A stretch of DNA of 64,000 nt. Source: an uncultured Alphaproteobacteria bacterium. GTDB taxonomy: Bacteria > Pseudomonadota > Alphaproteobacteria > RF32 > CAG-239. A program made the translations under genes and the position numbers. A model generated the notes under the pieces. That model was not told the DNA's origin. It worked only from the letters and a program-made list of their open reading frames with translations, and ran no database searches. The stretch lies in contig CAXHMA010000007.1 in the NCBI GenBank assembly GCA_964017825.1, forward strand, positions 758 to 64,757. The letters run 5' to 3'. This document shows, piece by piece, positions 17,048-25,720 of the stretch. Within the stretch, counting starts at the first letter, position 1. Every line of letters begins with the position of its first letter.

Positions 17048-19087
17048 ATGAGCCGATATTTTTACGCAGATACAATTGAAAATTTTGTAAAAAGTAATCA
17101 TAACTATATCTTAGGAACGCTAGTAAAAAATTCGCCATTTGATATTACGAATCTACAAAGAAACGCATGGGAAGAAGAAATTAATTTGCTGAGTTCTATT
17201 CTGCAAAATGAAAAGGGACAAATTATTTTTGAATATAACATTCCCCGGTTGGGTAAGCGAATAGATGTCGTTTTACTGATAAGCGGAATTGTTTATGCGT
17301 TAGAATTTAAGGTTAATTCTACAGAATATTTGCGTCAAGATATAGAACAGGTATGGGATTATGCTTTAGACCTGAAAAACTTTCATGAGGCTAGCCATAA
17401 TCTGACGATTGTTCCGATTTTAATTGCTACAAATGCCCAAAACAGTTCACAGGTTCAACAATTTAGTAGCCATAATGATCTTGTTTTTGAGCCTATTTTA
17501 TGTAATTCTAGCGAACTTAACAATGTACTTCAGAAAATAAAAACCCACCACGCTGTAAATATTGATTTAAGTGTTTGGAAAAACAGCCGTTATAAACCAA
17601 CACCGACAATTATTCAGGCAGCAAGTTCACTTTATCTAAATCACTCCGTACATGATATTACTCGCACGGAGGCTTCTGGCAAAAGTTTACAGCAGACAAC
17701 AGATTTTATTTCTCAAATTATACAGTATTCTAGGAATAATCATGAGAAATCTATTTGTTTTGTAACCGGCGTACCGGGTGCTGGAAAGACATTAGTAGGT
17801 TTAAATGTTGCTGTCCAACAATTCAATCAAGGTGATCTAGCGGTATATTTATCTGGTAATCAGCCATTGGTTGATGTTTTAACCGAAGCGTTAGCCCGGG
17901 ATAAAAAAAGACAGGAAAATGAGAAAAATCCAGAAAAGCATTATACACTCGCAGAGGCAAGACGGAACGTAAAGTCATTTATTCAAATTGTGCACCATTA
18001 CCGCAATATTTCTCTGAGCAAAATTAAAACACCAATTCGCGATGGATTATTAGAAATCGATCCAGCAAAAATTAAAAAGCACCAGGAAGATGGCTATTCC
18101 GAAGTTGAGCACGTCGCTATTTTTGATGAAGCTCAACGCGCATGGACACGACAACAGCTGGCTAATTGGTTGAGACGTAAGCAAGGTATCAAAGATTTTC
18201 CAATGTCTGAACCAGAATTTTTGATTTGGTCATTGGATTTGCGTGAGGATTGGGCCGTTATTATTTGCTTAGTTGGCGGAGGCCAGGAAATCAATACTGG
18301 TGAGGCTGGCATTTCTGAATGGCTTAGAGCTATTAATAATAACTTTTCTAATTGGAATGTCTTTATTTCTGATAAGCTTCAAGATAAAGAATATGCAACA
18401 GATGAAATTGATAAATTGCTAGAAAATAACTCTCATGTTTGGAAGAAATCTGATCTTCACCTTGCTGTATCTATGCGTTCATTCAGAGCAGAACAACTTT
18501 CTGAATTTGTACATGCACTTTTAGATTCCAACGTAGATGAAGCCCAAAAAATATGTGAATCCCTTAAAAATCGATATCCTATAGTTCTAACCCGATCATT
18601 AGATAAAGCAAAAGCTTGGCTTAAACAACAAAAGCGCGGTTCCGAAAGATATGGTATGTTAGCATCATCCCAAGCCCAACGTTTAAGACCATTATCTATC
18701 GATGTGCGTTGCAAACCAGATACGGTGCACTGGTTTTTAGATGATATTGATGACATCAGATCTTCCATGTTTTTGGAAGATGCCGCATCAGAATTTGATG
18801 TACAAGGTTTGGAATTAGACTGGACATGTATTGTTTGGGATGGTGACTTGCGACGTGAAAATAATACGTGGGGCAATTATTCATTCATAGGTAATAAATG
18901 GCAAAATATTCGTACTGAAGAAAGAAAATCTTATCAAATCAATGCTTACAGAGTTTTGTTAACGCGTGCCAGACAAGGAATGGTTATTTGTGTTCCAGAA
19001 GGAAATCCTGCGGACGGCACTCGAAATCCTGTATATTACGACGAAACGTTTGATTATCTGAAAAGCATCGGATTAGAAGTAATATAA
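17048..19087 (+). CDS. DUF2075-type (Schlafen-related) SF1 ATPase/helicase with an N-terminal PD-(D/E)xK-like module
   Basis: ORF 17027..19087, with ATG 17048 preferred as the start. The N-terminus has a GKRIDVVLL...YALEFKV nuclease-like motif. It also has Walker A GVPGAGKT, Walker B IFDEAQRAW and a C-terminal YRVLLTRARQGMVICV. Confidence 0.7.
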   Translation: MSRYFYADTIENFVKSNHNYILGTLVKNSPFDITNLQRNAWEEEINLLSSILQNEKGQIIFEYNIPRLGKRIDVVLLISGIVYALEFKVNSTEYLRQDIEQVWDYALDLKNFHEASHNLTIVPILIATNAQNSSQVQQFSSHNDLVFEPILCNSSELNNVLQKIKTHHAVNIDLSVWKNSRYKPTPTIIQAASSLYLNHSVHDITRTEASGKSLQQTTDFISQIIQYSRNNHEKSICFVTGVPGAGKTLVGLNVAVQQFNQGDLAVYLSGNQPLVDVLTEALARDKKRQENEKNPEKHYTLAEARRNVKSFIQIVHHYRNISLSKIKTPIRDGLLEIDPAKIKKHQEDGYSEVEHVAIFDEAQRAWTRQQLANWLRRKQGIKDFPMSEPEFLIWSLDLREDWAVIICLVGGGQEINTGEAGISEWLRAINNNFSNWNVFISDKLQDKEYATDEIDKLLENNSHVWKKSDLHLAVSMRSFRAEQLSEFVHALLDSNVDEAQKICESLKNRYPIVLTRSLDKAKAWLKQQKRGSERYGMLASSQAQRLRPLSIDVRCKPDTVHWFLDDIDDIRSSMFLEDAASEFDVQGLELDWTCIVWDGDLRRENNTWGNYSFIGNKWQNIRTEERKSYQINAYRVLLTRARQGMVICVPEGNPADGTRNPVYYDETFDYLKSIGLEVI

Positions 19088-19646
19088 CATCTTTTCTTAG
19101 ATAAATGAAAAATAATAAAATAATCTTACCAGTATCAGTCAATAATACGATAAATTATACGTTCATGGAAGCATACATTAAAGCTATTCAAAAACAGGTT
19201 ATCCAAAATGTAGTTAAATGGAAAGATAAAAAAATAGAAAAAACAAAAGAAGTAGTTGCTTTGAAATAAATTATTTAAACAAAAAGAGTGCATTAAATAT
19301 GTCGCCTTTCTAGTATGAAGTATCATAACATTTAACCAATTGAAAAATAAGGATTGTTAAAAAAAAAGTCCGAAGATGATTCATACTTAAGCCTATAATA
19401 ATATAAATTTTCGGACCAAGATAAGCTGCTGATTTATAAAGAAAATATCCATTTCTGACGATTTTTGAACTGTGGTTGACCAAGGTTTACGACCTTAGGA
19501 AAAAATATGAGCAGAAATTAGTGAAAATGTACCTTATTATTGACGGCATGAATGACAATTTGCGGCAGATGATGATAGAAAGAATTTGTTGATATTATTC
19601 ATATTTTATGGTAGGTACTAATGTATAACCAATAATAGAGGATGCT

Positions 19647-21170
19647 ATGGCAATTGTTTCTTCACAACAAAACTATGATGATATTTTTGCAGATGATAGG
19701 TTAAATATAAAATCATTTGTGGTCGATTTTGCTCATTTGATAGAGCAAGATACATATATAGAAGGTGGTATTTCAAAGGTTTATTCGATAGCTGCCGAAT
19801 TTGGTATTGGAAAAACATTTTTCTGCGAAAAATTAAAATATGTCTTAGAGAAAGATAATGTTCAAACTATAAAAATGAATATTTGGGAAATGGACTTTTA
19901 TGAAAATCCATTAATGCCGATATTAGCAAAATTAAATGAAATTTATAAAAAAGACGGTGAAAATTTGCCTGCTAAGATTATTAATTCAACTTTAAATTTT
20001 ACAAAAAAGTCTTTAGCAGTATTATGTGAAACAGCCATTAAATCTGCTTCTAATAAAGTATTGGATGTTGATATCGCGGAGGTATGTAAAAATAATTTTG
20101 TGCCGGAAAATATTTATGACGATTTCAAAAATCATCAAGAGGCATTACAAGAACTTAAACAGTCGTTAATTAAGTGGGCAAGAGAAGATGAAAAACCGAT
20201 TGTTGTGATTATTGATGAATTGGACAGATGTCGGCCTGATTATGCGGTAAAAACGTTAGAAGTGTTGAAGCATTTCTTTGATGTATCAGGATTTGTGTTC
20301 GTTTTGGCATTAGATGAGAAGCAATTAGAGAGTTCTGTTAAATGCTTATTTGGTACAAATAATTTTGAAGGGTATAAAAGAAAATTTATTAATAATACAT
20401 TTTTGCTGCCAGTTCCTGATAGAAAAGCTTTTACCGAATTTTTATATGATAAATCAGGGATGGATACTTGGATTAAAATATTACAGGAGAAAAAACTTGA
20501 GTTAGTATTCCCTATTGACATATATAATGTATACTGTTGTGCTTATTCGTATAGCGACTATGGTAATTTTGAAAATGAAAGTAAGGCCAAAAAATTTAAT
20601 CAAACTCAGACATCTTCCGAAATTATTAAATGTTATTTTGCTGCGTACAGTGACTATTTTGGTTTTACTTTAAGAGAAATGGAACAGGTTTTTGAGCGTT
20701 TAATTATATTTATAAAGCAAATTTCTTCTAGCCAAGAAATATTTTCACCTGATTTAGCTGTTTTTTTAGTATGTTTGCATGAATTTGACATTAATACTTA
20801 TAATAAAATACGTTTTGGATTTACCAATTTTGAAACAGTAATATACGACAAAGATAATATGAGTTTATTAACTTTAATCCCAACTTTTTATAAAGGAAGT
20901 CATCTCTTAAATAATACATTCAATCGGACGTTTGCTCCTGAAATAATTCTTATCAATGGATATTCTGGTTATTGTGAAGAAAATCCTTCAACATCGTCTC
21001 CACTTCTGAGAGAAATTGGAGATAATGTTGACAGATTTTTTATTAAAGATGTATCAAAATTATGTCAAGAAGCAATATACCTTCGCAATATTGACATTCA
21101 AAAATTAGATATGACAAGAATTAAAGAGGTATATTTTGCCCATATGGATTTTATCTCTCATTTTGAATAA
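19647..21170 (+). CDS. KAP-family P-loop NTPase
   Basis: 507 aa with Walker A EFGIGKTFF and Walker B plus the KAP signature VVIIDELDRCRPDYAVKTLEVLKHFF. Confidence 0.8.
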   Translation: MAIVSSQQNYDDIFADDRLNIKSFVVDFAHLIEQDTYIEGGISKVYSIAAEFGIGKTFFCEKLKYVLEKDNVQTIKMNIWEMDFYENPLMPILAKLNEIYKKDGENLPAKIINSTLNFTKKSLAVLCETAIKSASNKVLDVDIAEVCKNNFVPENIYDDFKNHQEALQELKQSLIKWAREDEKPIVVIIDELDRCRPDYAVKTLEVLKHFFDVSGFVFVLALDEKQLESSVKCLFGTNNFEGYKRKFINNTFLLPVPDRKAFTEFLYDKSGMDTWIKILQEKKLELVFPIDIYNVYCCAYSYSDYGNFENESKAKKFNQTQTSSEIIKCYFAAYSDYFGFTLREMEQVFERLIIFIKQISSSQEIFSPDLAVFLVCLHEFDINTYNKIRFGFTNFETVIYDKDNMSLLTLIPTFYKGSHLLNNTFNRTFAPEIILINGYSGYCEENPSTSSPLLREIGDNVDRFFIKDVSKLCQEAIYLRNIDIQKLDMTRIKEVYFAHMDFISHFE

Positions 21171-21181
21171 ACTATATCTTT

Positions 21182-22042
21182 TTATAATTCATTGAACCAT
21201 TTTTCGTTTATTTCGACTTGTTCAATAATTTTAACACCCAGGTTGAATTCTTTTAATTTATTGGCTAGATCATGCCCATCAATTAGGTCGATAATTAAAG
21301 CACCATCCCTCCGAGCTTCATCTTTGGCATCTTTGGAAAATACCCCTGTTGTAATAATTAAACCTTTATCTGCCCGTCCCATTATAGCGCCACGAAAATC
21401 TCTAATCACAGATGAAGGAACTGTTCCTTCATATCTTTTACATTGAAAATAAATATTGAAGGAAACGAAGCCAGCAATTTTGAATACACCTTTGCCATCT
21501 ATTCCTCCATCACCTGATTTCTTCGTTACTTCAACATTGTCAAAACCAGCTTCTCTTAATAACCTCTGCGCAAGTCTCTCAAATGCAAAGGGATTCATTT
21601 TCTTCAGAGTCGCAATAAGCCTATCTTCCCATTTTATTTCTTCTGTTGTTTCTTCAATAAAATTACAAGCACTATCTTTTTCTTGTAAAGGGATATTTGC
21701 CGGTTCTTCTGCATTTGTGGAATGTTCGCAGCTTTTTACAAATTTTTTTACCTCATTAATGTTAATCTTATCTGTTTTTAAACCTTTGGGAGTTAATGCC
21801 CAAACGCCACGAGTGGAATTAGATAAGATACCATATACTTTAAGGTATGATTTAGCCCAAGCAACGCGATAATCTAAAACAGAACGGTTTCCCCCATTAT
21901 AAAGTTCAGAGGCTTCTTCATCAGTAAGTTTAAGAATTTTACTTATTTCAGAAAGTATTTCATCATTTTTTGCAGATCCGCCCAAGTTTTTTATTGCTTC
22001 AATGACGGGATTGAAGAGCTTATCATATGTAGGTATTGGCAT
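21182..22042 (-). CDS. mrr: Mrr-family type IV restriction endonuclease
   Basis: 286 aa with an Mrr_N winged-helix start (PTYDKLFNPVIEAIKNLGG) and an Mrr_cat core (FERLAQRLL, GDGGIDG, FQCKRY). Confidence 0.75.
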   Translation of the reverse strand: MPIPTYDKLFNPVIEAIKNLGGSAKNDEILSEISKILKLTDEEASELYNGGNRSVLDYRVAWAKSYLKVYGILSNSTRGVWALTPKGLKTDKININEVKKFVKSCEHSTNAEEPANIPLQEKDSACNFIEETTEEIKWEDRLIATLKKMNPFAFERLAQRLLREAGFDNVEVTKKSGDGGIDGKGVFKIAGFVSFNIYFQCKRYEGTVPSSVIRDFRGAIMGRADKGLIITTGVFSKDAKDEARRDGALIIDLIDGHDLANKLKEFNLGVKIIEQVEINEKWFNEL

Positions 22043-22177
22043 TTAATAACTCCAATAAATCAAGAATGATTTCAGTATATTTTATTAAATTTTGAATTTC
22101 AATAAAAAAGAAATAAATGCAAAGATAAATACTCAATATTTTTATTATATAACCAACATCAGAAGGAAATAATAAAA

Positions 22178-22471
22178 ATGATAAAGAACTTTTATATTTG
22201 TCTGGACAATACGGCATTAAATTATGCACTAAAGCATTTCAGTAATCCGTTTACGCGAATAATGCGTTGCTATACAGGCTTGGAAGTTGAAATGATTGTT
22301 AGAGCTATGAACAGTAACAAGAGCAAGAGATTTTATACGCTTAGGAGTTCACAAAGAAACATTTTAAGAGCTGAAATCAAAAATCTTGAAATATTAAGTA
22401 CAGTTTTTGATAGAGCTGTTACTGATAGCCCCCTCAAGTCCTTACAAAATGACATTAATTGTTTTAATTAA
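22178..22471 (+). CDS. small hypothetical protein upstream of the RT promoter
   Basis: 97-aa ORF, AT-rich, with no recognisable family. It ends 24 nt before the -35 box at 22495. Confidence 0.4.
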   Translation: MIKNFYICLDNTALNYALKHFSNPFTRIMRCYTGLEVEMIVRAMNSNKSKRFYTLRSSQRNILRAEIKNLEILSTVFDRAVTDSPLKSLQNDINCFN

Positions 22472-22494
22472 TTCACAAGGTTATCAATTATAAC

Positions 22495-22523
22495 TTGAAC
22501 ATCTTAATTCTCTTGTATATAAT
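22495..22523 (+). promoter_or_regulatory. near-consensus sigma70 promoter upstream of the RT leader
   Basis: TTGAAC (22495-22500), a 17-nt spacer, then TATAAT (22518-22523). The predicted TSS is near 22530. Confidence 0.6.
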
Positions 22524-22529
22524 CATGTC

Positions 22530-22716
22530 AATGCTTTAGTCTCAATAATTACTAGGACATTTACGATGGCAATGCAGGGAAACCGAGCAGGCTCAGCAGT
22601 AAATAACTTAGATGAGAATACAATAACTGGGAAACTAGGAATTGGCGTTAGTATATATAATAAATATACAATACGTGAGACAAGTGTCCCCCGTCCCTAG
22701 GTAGGTTGAGATATAA
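22530..22716 (+). ncRNA. candidate RT-associated noncoding RNA / long leader
   Basis: About 190 nt lie between the promoter and the RT start. Local hairpins include gtatat-ataataa-atatac at 22651-22670. Possible long-range pairings are ctaggac (22552-58) with gtccctag (22693-700), and gtctca (22539-44) with tgagac (22676-81). The boundaries are not demonstrated. Confidence 0.35.
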
Positions 22717-24018
22717 TTGCTGAGTGCTAACATGGAAAATAGAAAAAAGAACAAAAAAGCTAAATTCACAACATTTAAACACTTTTATAAGCGGCTATAC
22801 GAAGAGGAAAATATTCGTAAGGCGTGGAATGCCGTATATGCTAATTGTACAAGTTCCTCATCACTGAGAACAAGAAATGACGCAAAAGATTTTAAATCTC
22901 AAGAAGTCGTTAATCTCAAGCGATTAAAAGATAGTTTAGCAAGCAAAAAATTTAACTTTTCTGTCAAAGCAATTCCACAAGAACGATTAGGTAAAGATCC
23001 TCGCCCTCTGGTTAATATAACTATTGAGGGACGCATTGTACAAAGATGTATTCTAAATGTTCTTCAATCTCACAGTGGAATAAAAAAATATATGCATAAT
23101 AACCCTTTCAGTTTTGGTGGTATTAAGCATAGAGGAGTTAAGGATGCCGTTGAAGCGGTAATAAGAACATCTTCTGAAAAAGGTTACACCCATTTTCTTA
23201 CATCTGATATAGGCGACTTCTTCACAAGAATAAAATCTGATATAGTTATTGGTAAAATAGAAGAGTTTTGCAAGGCAGATCAAGATTTTATTAATATTCT
23301 TCAAAAAGCAATTCATCTTGAAATAGAAAATATGAAGGAAATTGAGAAGAAATACCCTAAAATTCTTTATAAATACAATTATACAGATGAAGGTGTGCCT
23401 CAAGGTAGTTGCTTATCACCATTATTTGGTAATATGTACCTTTATGAATTTGATAAAATAATGAACAGTAGTAGTGATGTTTCTTGCTTTAGGTATATTG
23501 ATGATATTATTATAATTGGTAATAGCTTTAAGAATGTTGAAAACTCTTTTCATAAAAAAGCATTACCGATTTTAGAAAAGCTTGGTTTAACGGCCTATAT
23601 ACCAGGCAAAAGCAATAAAGCAGCGCACGGAGAACTAGATAGCAGTTCTGGTTTCAATTATTTAGGCGTCAACATAACAAAAAATCAAATAAAACCTAGT
23701 AAAGATGCTTTTGAAAAAATAATAAAAGAAATCAAAGATTTAATTCTTGAGGCATTGAATTTTGACGCAATAAAACCTGTAAGCTTATACAAGACATTGG
23801 ATTTAATTGATAGAAAGCTCAAAGGATGGGGGAATCACTATTCTTTTTGTAATGCTAAAGTTGAGATGAATGTTCTAGATATAACTATGGATAAGTTGTT
23901 AAGTGAATTTATAGAAAAATATAACAAAAAACTTGCAAAACTTAAACCTAGCCATATTAGGGAAAAGATAGGTATACAAAGAGTTACCAACTGTAAGCAT
24001 GACCCAATTATTAAATGA
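22717..24018 (+). CDS. stand-alone reverse transcriptase (group-II-intron-like / UG-class), no endonuclease domain
   Basis: 433 aa from TTG 22717 (alternative ATG at 22732). RT motifs:
- RPLVNITIEGRIVQRCILNVL;
- SFGGIKHRGVKDAVEAV;
- TSDIGDFFTRI;
- GVPQGSCLSPLFGNMYLYEFD;
- the catalytic box FRYIDDIIIIG;
- FNYLGVNI;
- a maturase-like thumb, LKGWGNHYSF. Confidence 0.85.
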   Translation: MLSANMENRKKNKKAKFTTFKHFYKRLYEEENIRKAWNAVYANCTSSSSLRTRNDAKDFKSQEVVNLKRLKDSLASKKFNFSVKAIPQERLGKDPRPLVNITIEGRIVQRCILNVLQSHSGIKKYMHNNPFSFGGIKHRGVKDAVEAVIRTSSEKGYTHFLTSDIGDFFTRIKSDIVIGKIEEFCKADQDFINILQKAIHLEIENMKEIEKKYPKILYKYNYTDEGVPQGSCLSPLFGNMYLYEFDKIMNSSSDVSCFRYIDDIIIIGNSFKNVENSFHKKALPILEKLGLTAYIPGKSNKAAHGELDSSSGFNYLGVNITKNQIKPSKDAFEKIIKEIKDLILEALNFDAIKPVSLYKTLDLIDRKLKGWGNHYSFCNAKVEMNVLDITMDKLLSEFIEKYNKKLAKLKPSHIREKIGIQRVTNCKHDPIIK

Positions 24019-24440
24019 CTAAATCATCTCAACAATTTTCTTCTGGGCGTCGGTGTTGTATTCAATATAGCGTTGGGTGGTGGTGAAGATGGAATGTCCG
24101 GCCAGCATGCGGATATCGTTTAAGGTTCTACCAGCAAGGCTGATATTTTTAGCTGCGGCAGTAATGAATGTTTTGCGGCCGCTATGCTTCAAAACCGATT
24201 TCTTTATATAAATTATAAAAGAAATTAACGATTGCCTGCGGACAGGGCTTATTGTTGCGTTCTGTCGTAATAATCCGGTTCATCAAATTAAAATGCTCAT
24301 TCTTCTGTTGCATGCTCAGCAATTCCACCCAATCTTTGTGCAAAGGAATAATCCGTCCAAATTGTTTGCCCTTGGATGCTTTATTAATAAGGTTAATTTC
24401 TTGGATTAGGTTTCCTTCCGATCGCAAACGGATACGATAA
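24019..24440 (-). pseudogene. tyrosine recombinase/integrase remnant (N-terminally truncated, frameshifted)
   Basis: The reverse strand of 24019-24180 reads GRKTFITAAAKNISLAGRTLNDIRMLAGHSIFTTTQRYIEYN...*, which is the C-terminal catalytic box. The upstream part, in the frame of ORF 24182..24691, is out of frame and ends in a TAG at 24182. Confidence 0.65.
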
Positions 24441-24469
24441 GCGATAATGTAATACGCAGTTTTGAAAAA

Positions 24470-25511
24470 ATGCGCAAAGAGGGAAAATGGGCACACCATG
24501 CACCAGTCGGCTATAAAAATGTAAGGGATGCCAATGGTAACAGCGATATTGTGTTGGATGAGGACAACCATTTCATCATTACGCGGTTGTTTAAGGAATT
24601 TTCGATTGGCACCTATAATCTTGAGCAAATAACGCGAAAAGCCGCAGATTTCGGGCTTAAGATGAAGACCAGTAAGAAGCTTCATAAACAAACTATCCGC
24701 GGAATATTAAGCAACCGTTTTTATGTCGGGGAAATGTATAGCGGCGGGCATTATTATCCGCATTGTTATCCGCGGCTGACGGACAGTTATACGTTTGAAC
24801 GGTGTCAGGAAATTTTGGAAGGTAAGGCAAATCATAAGGTACAAAAGCATGAATATGTATTAAAGGATTGGTTCGTTGTAAAAAATGCAGTGGTGTTGTT
24901 TCGACAGATATCAATGTACATCCGGCGAAAAAGAAGGGCGGAGAAAAAATCGTTTATAAATACCTTTTTTGTCCGCAATGCGGCGGCTATCGGACGAAAG
25001 AGAAAAATGAGGTTAAAAAGTGAAAGAGGCGCTAAAAACGCTTAAAAACATGCCTAAAAGCGTTGTTGAAAAATTGATTGCCTGTTTGGATGAAGAAATT
25101 TACGAAGACCATAAAATAGAAATAGAAGCCAAGAAGGCCTTGGACAGGCAGATTGCCGGTTTTGCAGAAAAGGAAAGCCGGTTGATAGACTTGTTTACGG
25201 AAGGCAGTATTACACAGAATTTATATACAAAAAAACTAACCGAGTACAGACAGGATAAGAAAAAACTGGAAGAGCGATTAACCGACTATAGTCATCTGAC
25301 TAAGCAAGGTCTAATAACGTTAAAATATTTGGCTAGCTTGCTTTTGATGTCAGATCGGATATGGAATTTTCTGAACAACGACAAAAAACAGCAGGTTTTA
25401 AAATTACTTTGTTCGGAAATTTTATTAGATGGTAAAAATGTAGATATTTCAATAAGAAAGCCTATTCTAGCACTGGCTAAAATAGGCTCTTGTCAAGTCT
25501 GGCTGGAGTGA
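24470..25511 (+). pseudogene. large serine recombinase remnant (catalytic domain missing, at least 2 frameshifts)
   Basis: Three consecutive frames carry its parts:
- the recombinase domain (HAPVGYKNV...RFYVGEM);
- a zinc ribbon (LVRCKKCSGVV...FCPQCGGY);
- the coiled-coil C-terminus (ORF 25020..25511).
No resolvase N-terminal domain is present. Confidence 0.7.
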
Positions 25512-25720
25512 ACTCGCAATTCGCGGACTAAATTATTTGATTTTTTTAATGATAGTCTTGCGTCTTTTTATTCAATACCCTAAATATAGTAATAACTTTT
25601 AGTAACTATGGATTTAATAAGATGAATAAAAATATGAGTAAAATAGGCAAGAATGCAACATTAGCTGTGCTAAGCTAAATACCTATTGTTTCTGCATTTA
25701 GTAAGTTTTGCGAGGATTTT

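Noticed and set aside
19105-19269. 54-codon ORF (MKNNKIILPVSVNNTINYTFMEAYIKAIQKQVIQNVVKWKDKK...) as a real small gene
   Set aside because: It reads like the C-terminal tail of a larger protein, possibly of a restriction-modification type. It lies in a segment full of other fragments and has no SD. I treated it as a remnant.
22495-24018. Retron interpretation of the RT locus
   Set aside because: The RT has a group-II-like SFGG..RG..DA segment and a GWGNHY thumb. It lacks the retron-type signatures I would expect (NAxxH, VTG). I also could not find the long flanking a1/a2 inverted repeats of an msr-msd. This was not excluded computationally.
22495-24018. Intact mobile group II intron
   Set aside because: No GUGYG-like 5-prime end or ribozyme domains are recognisable in the ~230 nt upstream. 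There is zero spacer downstream, because the RT stop abuts an integrase remnant, so domains V/VI cannot be present.
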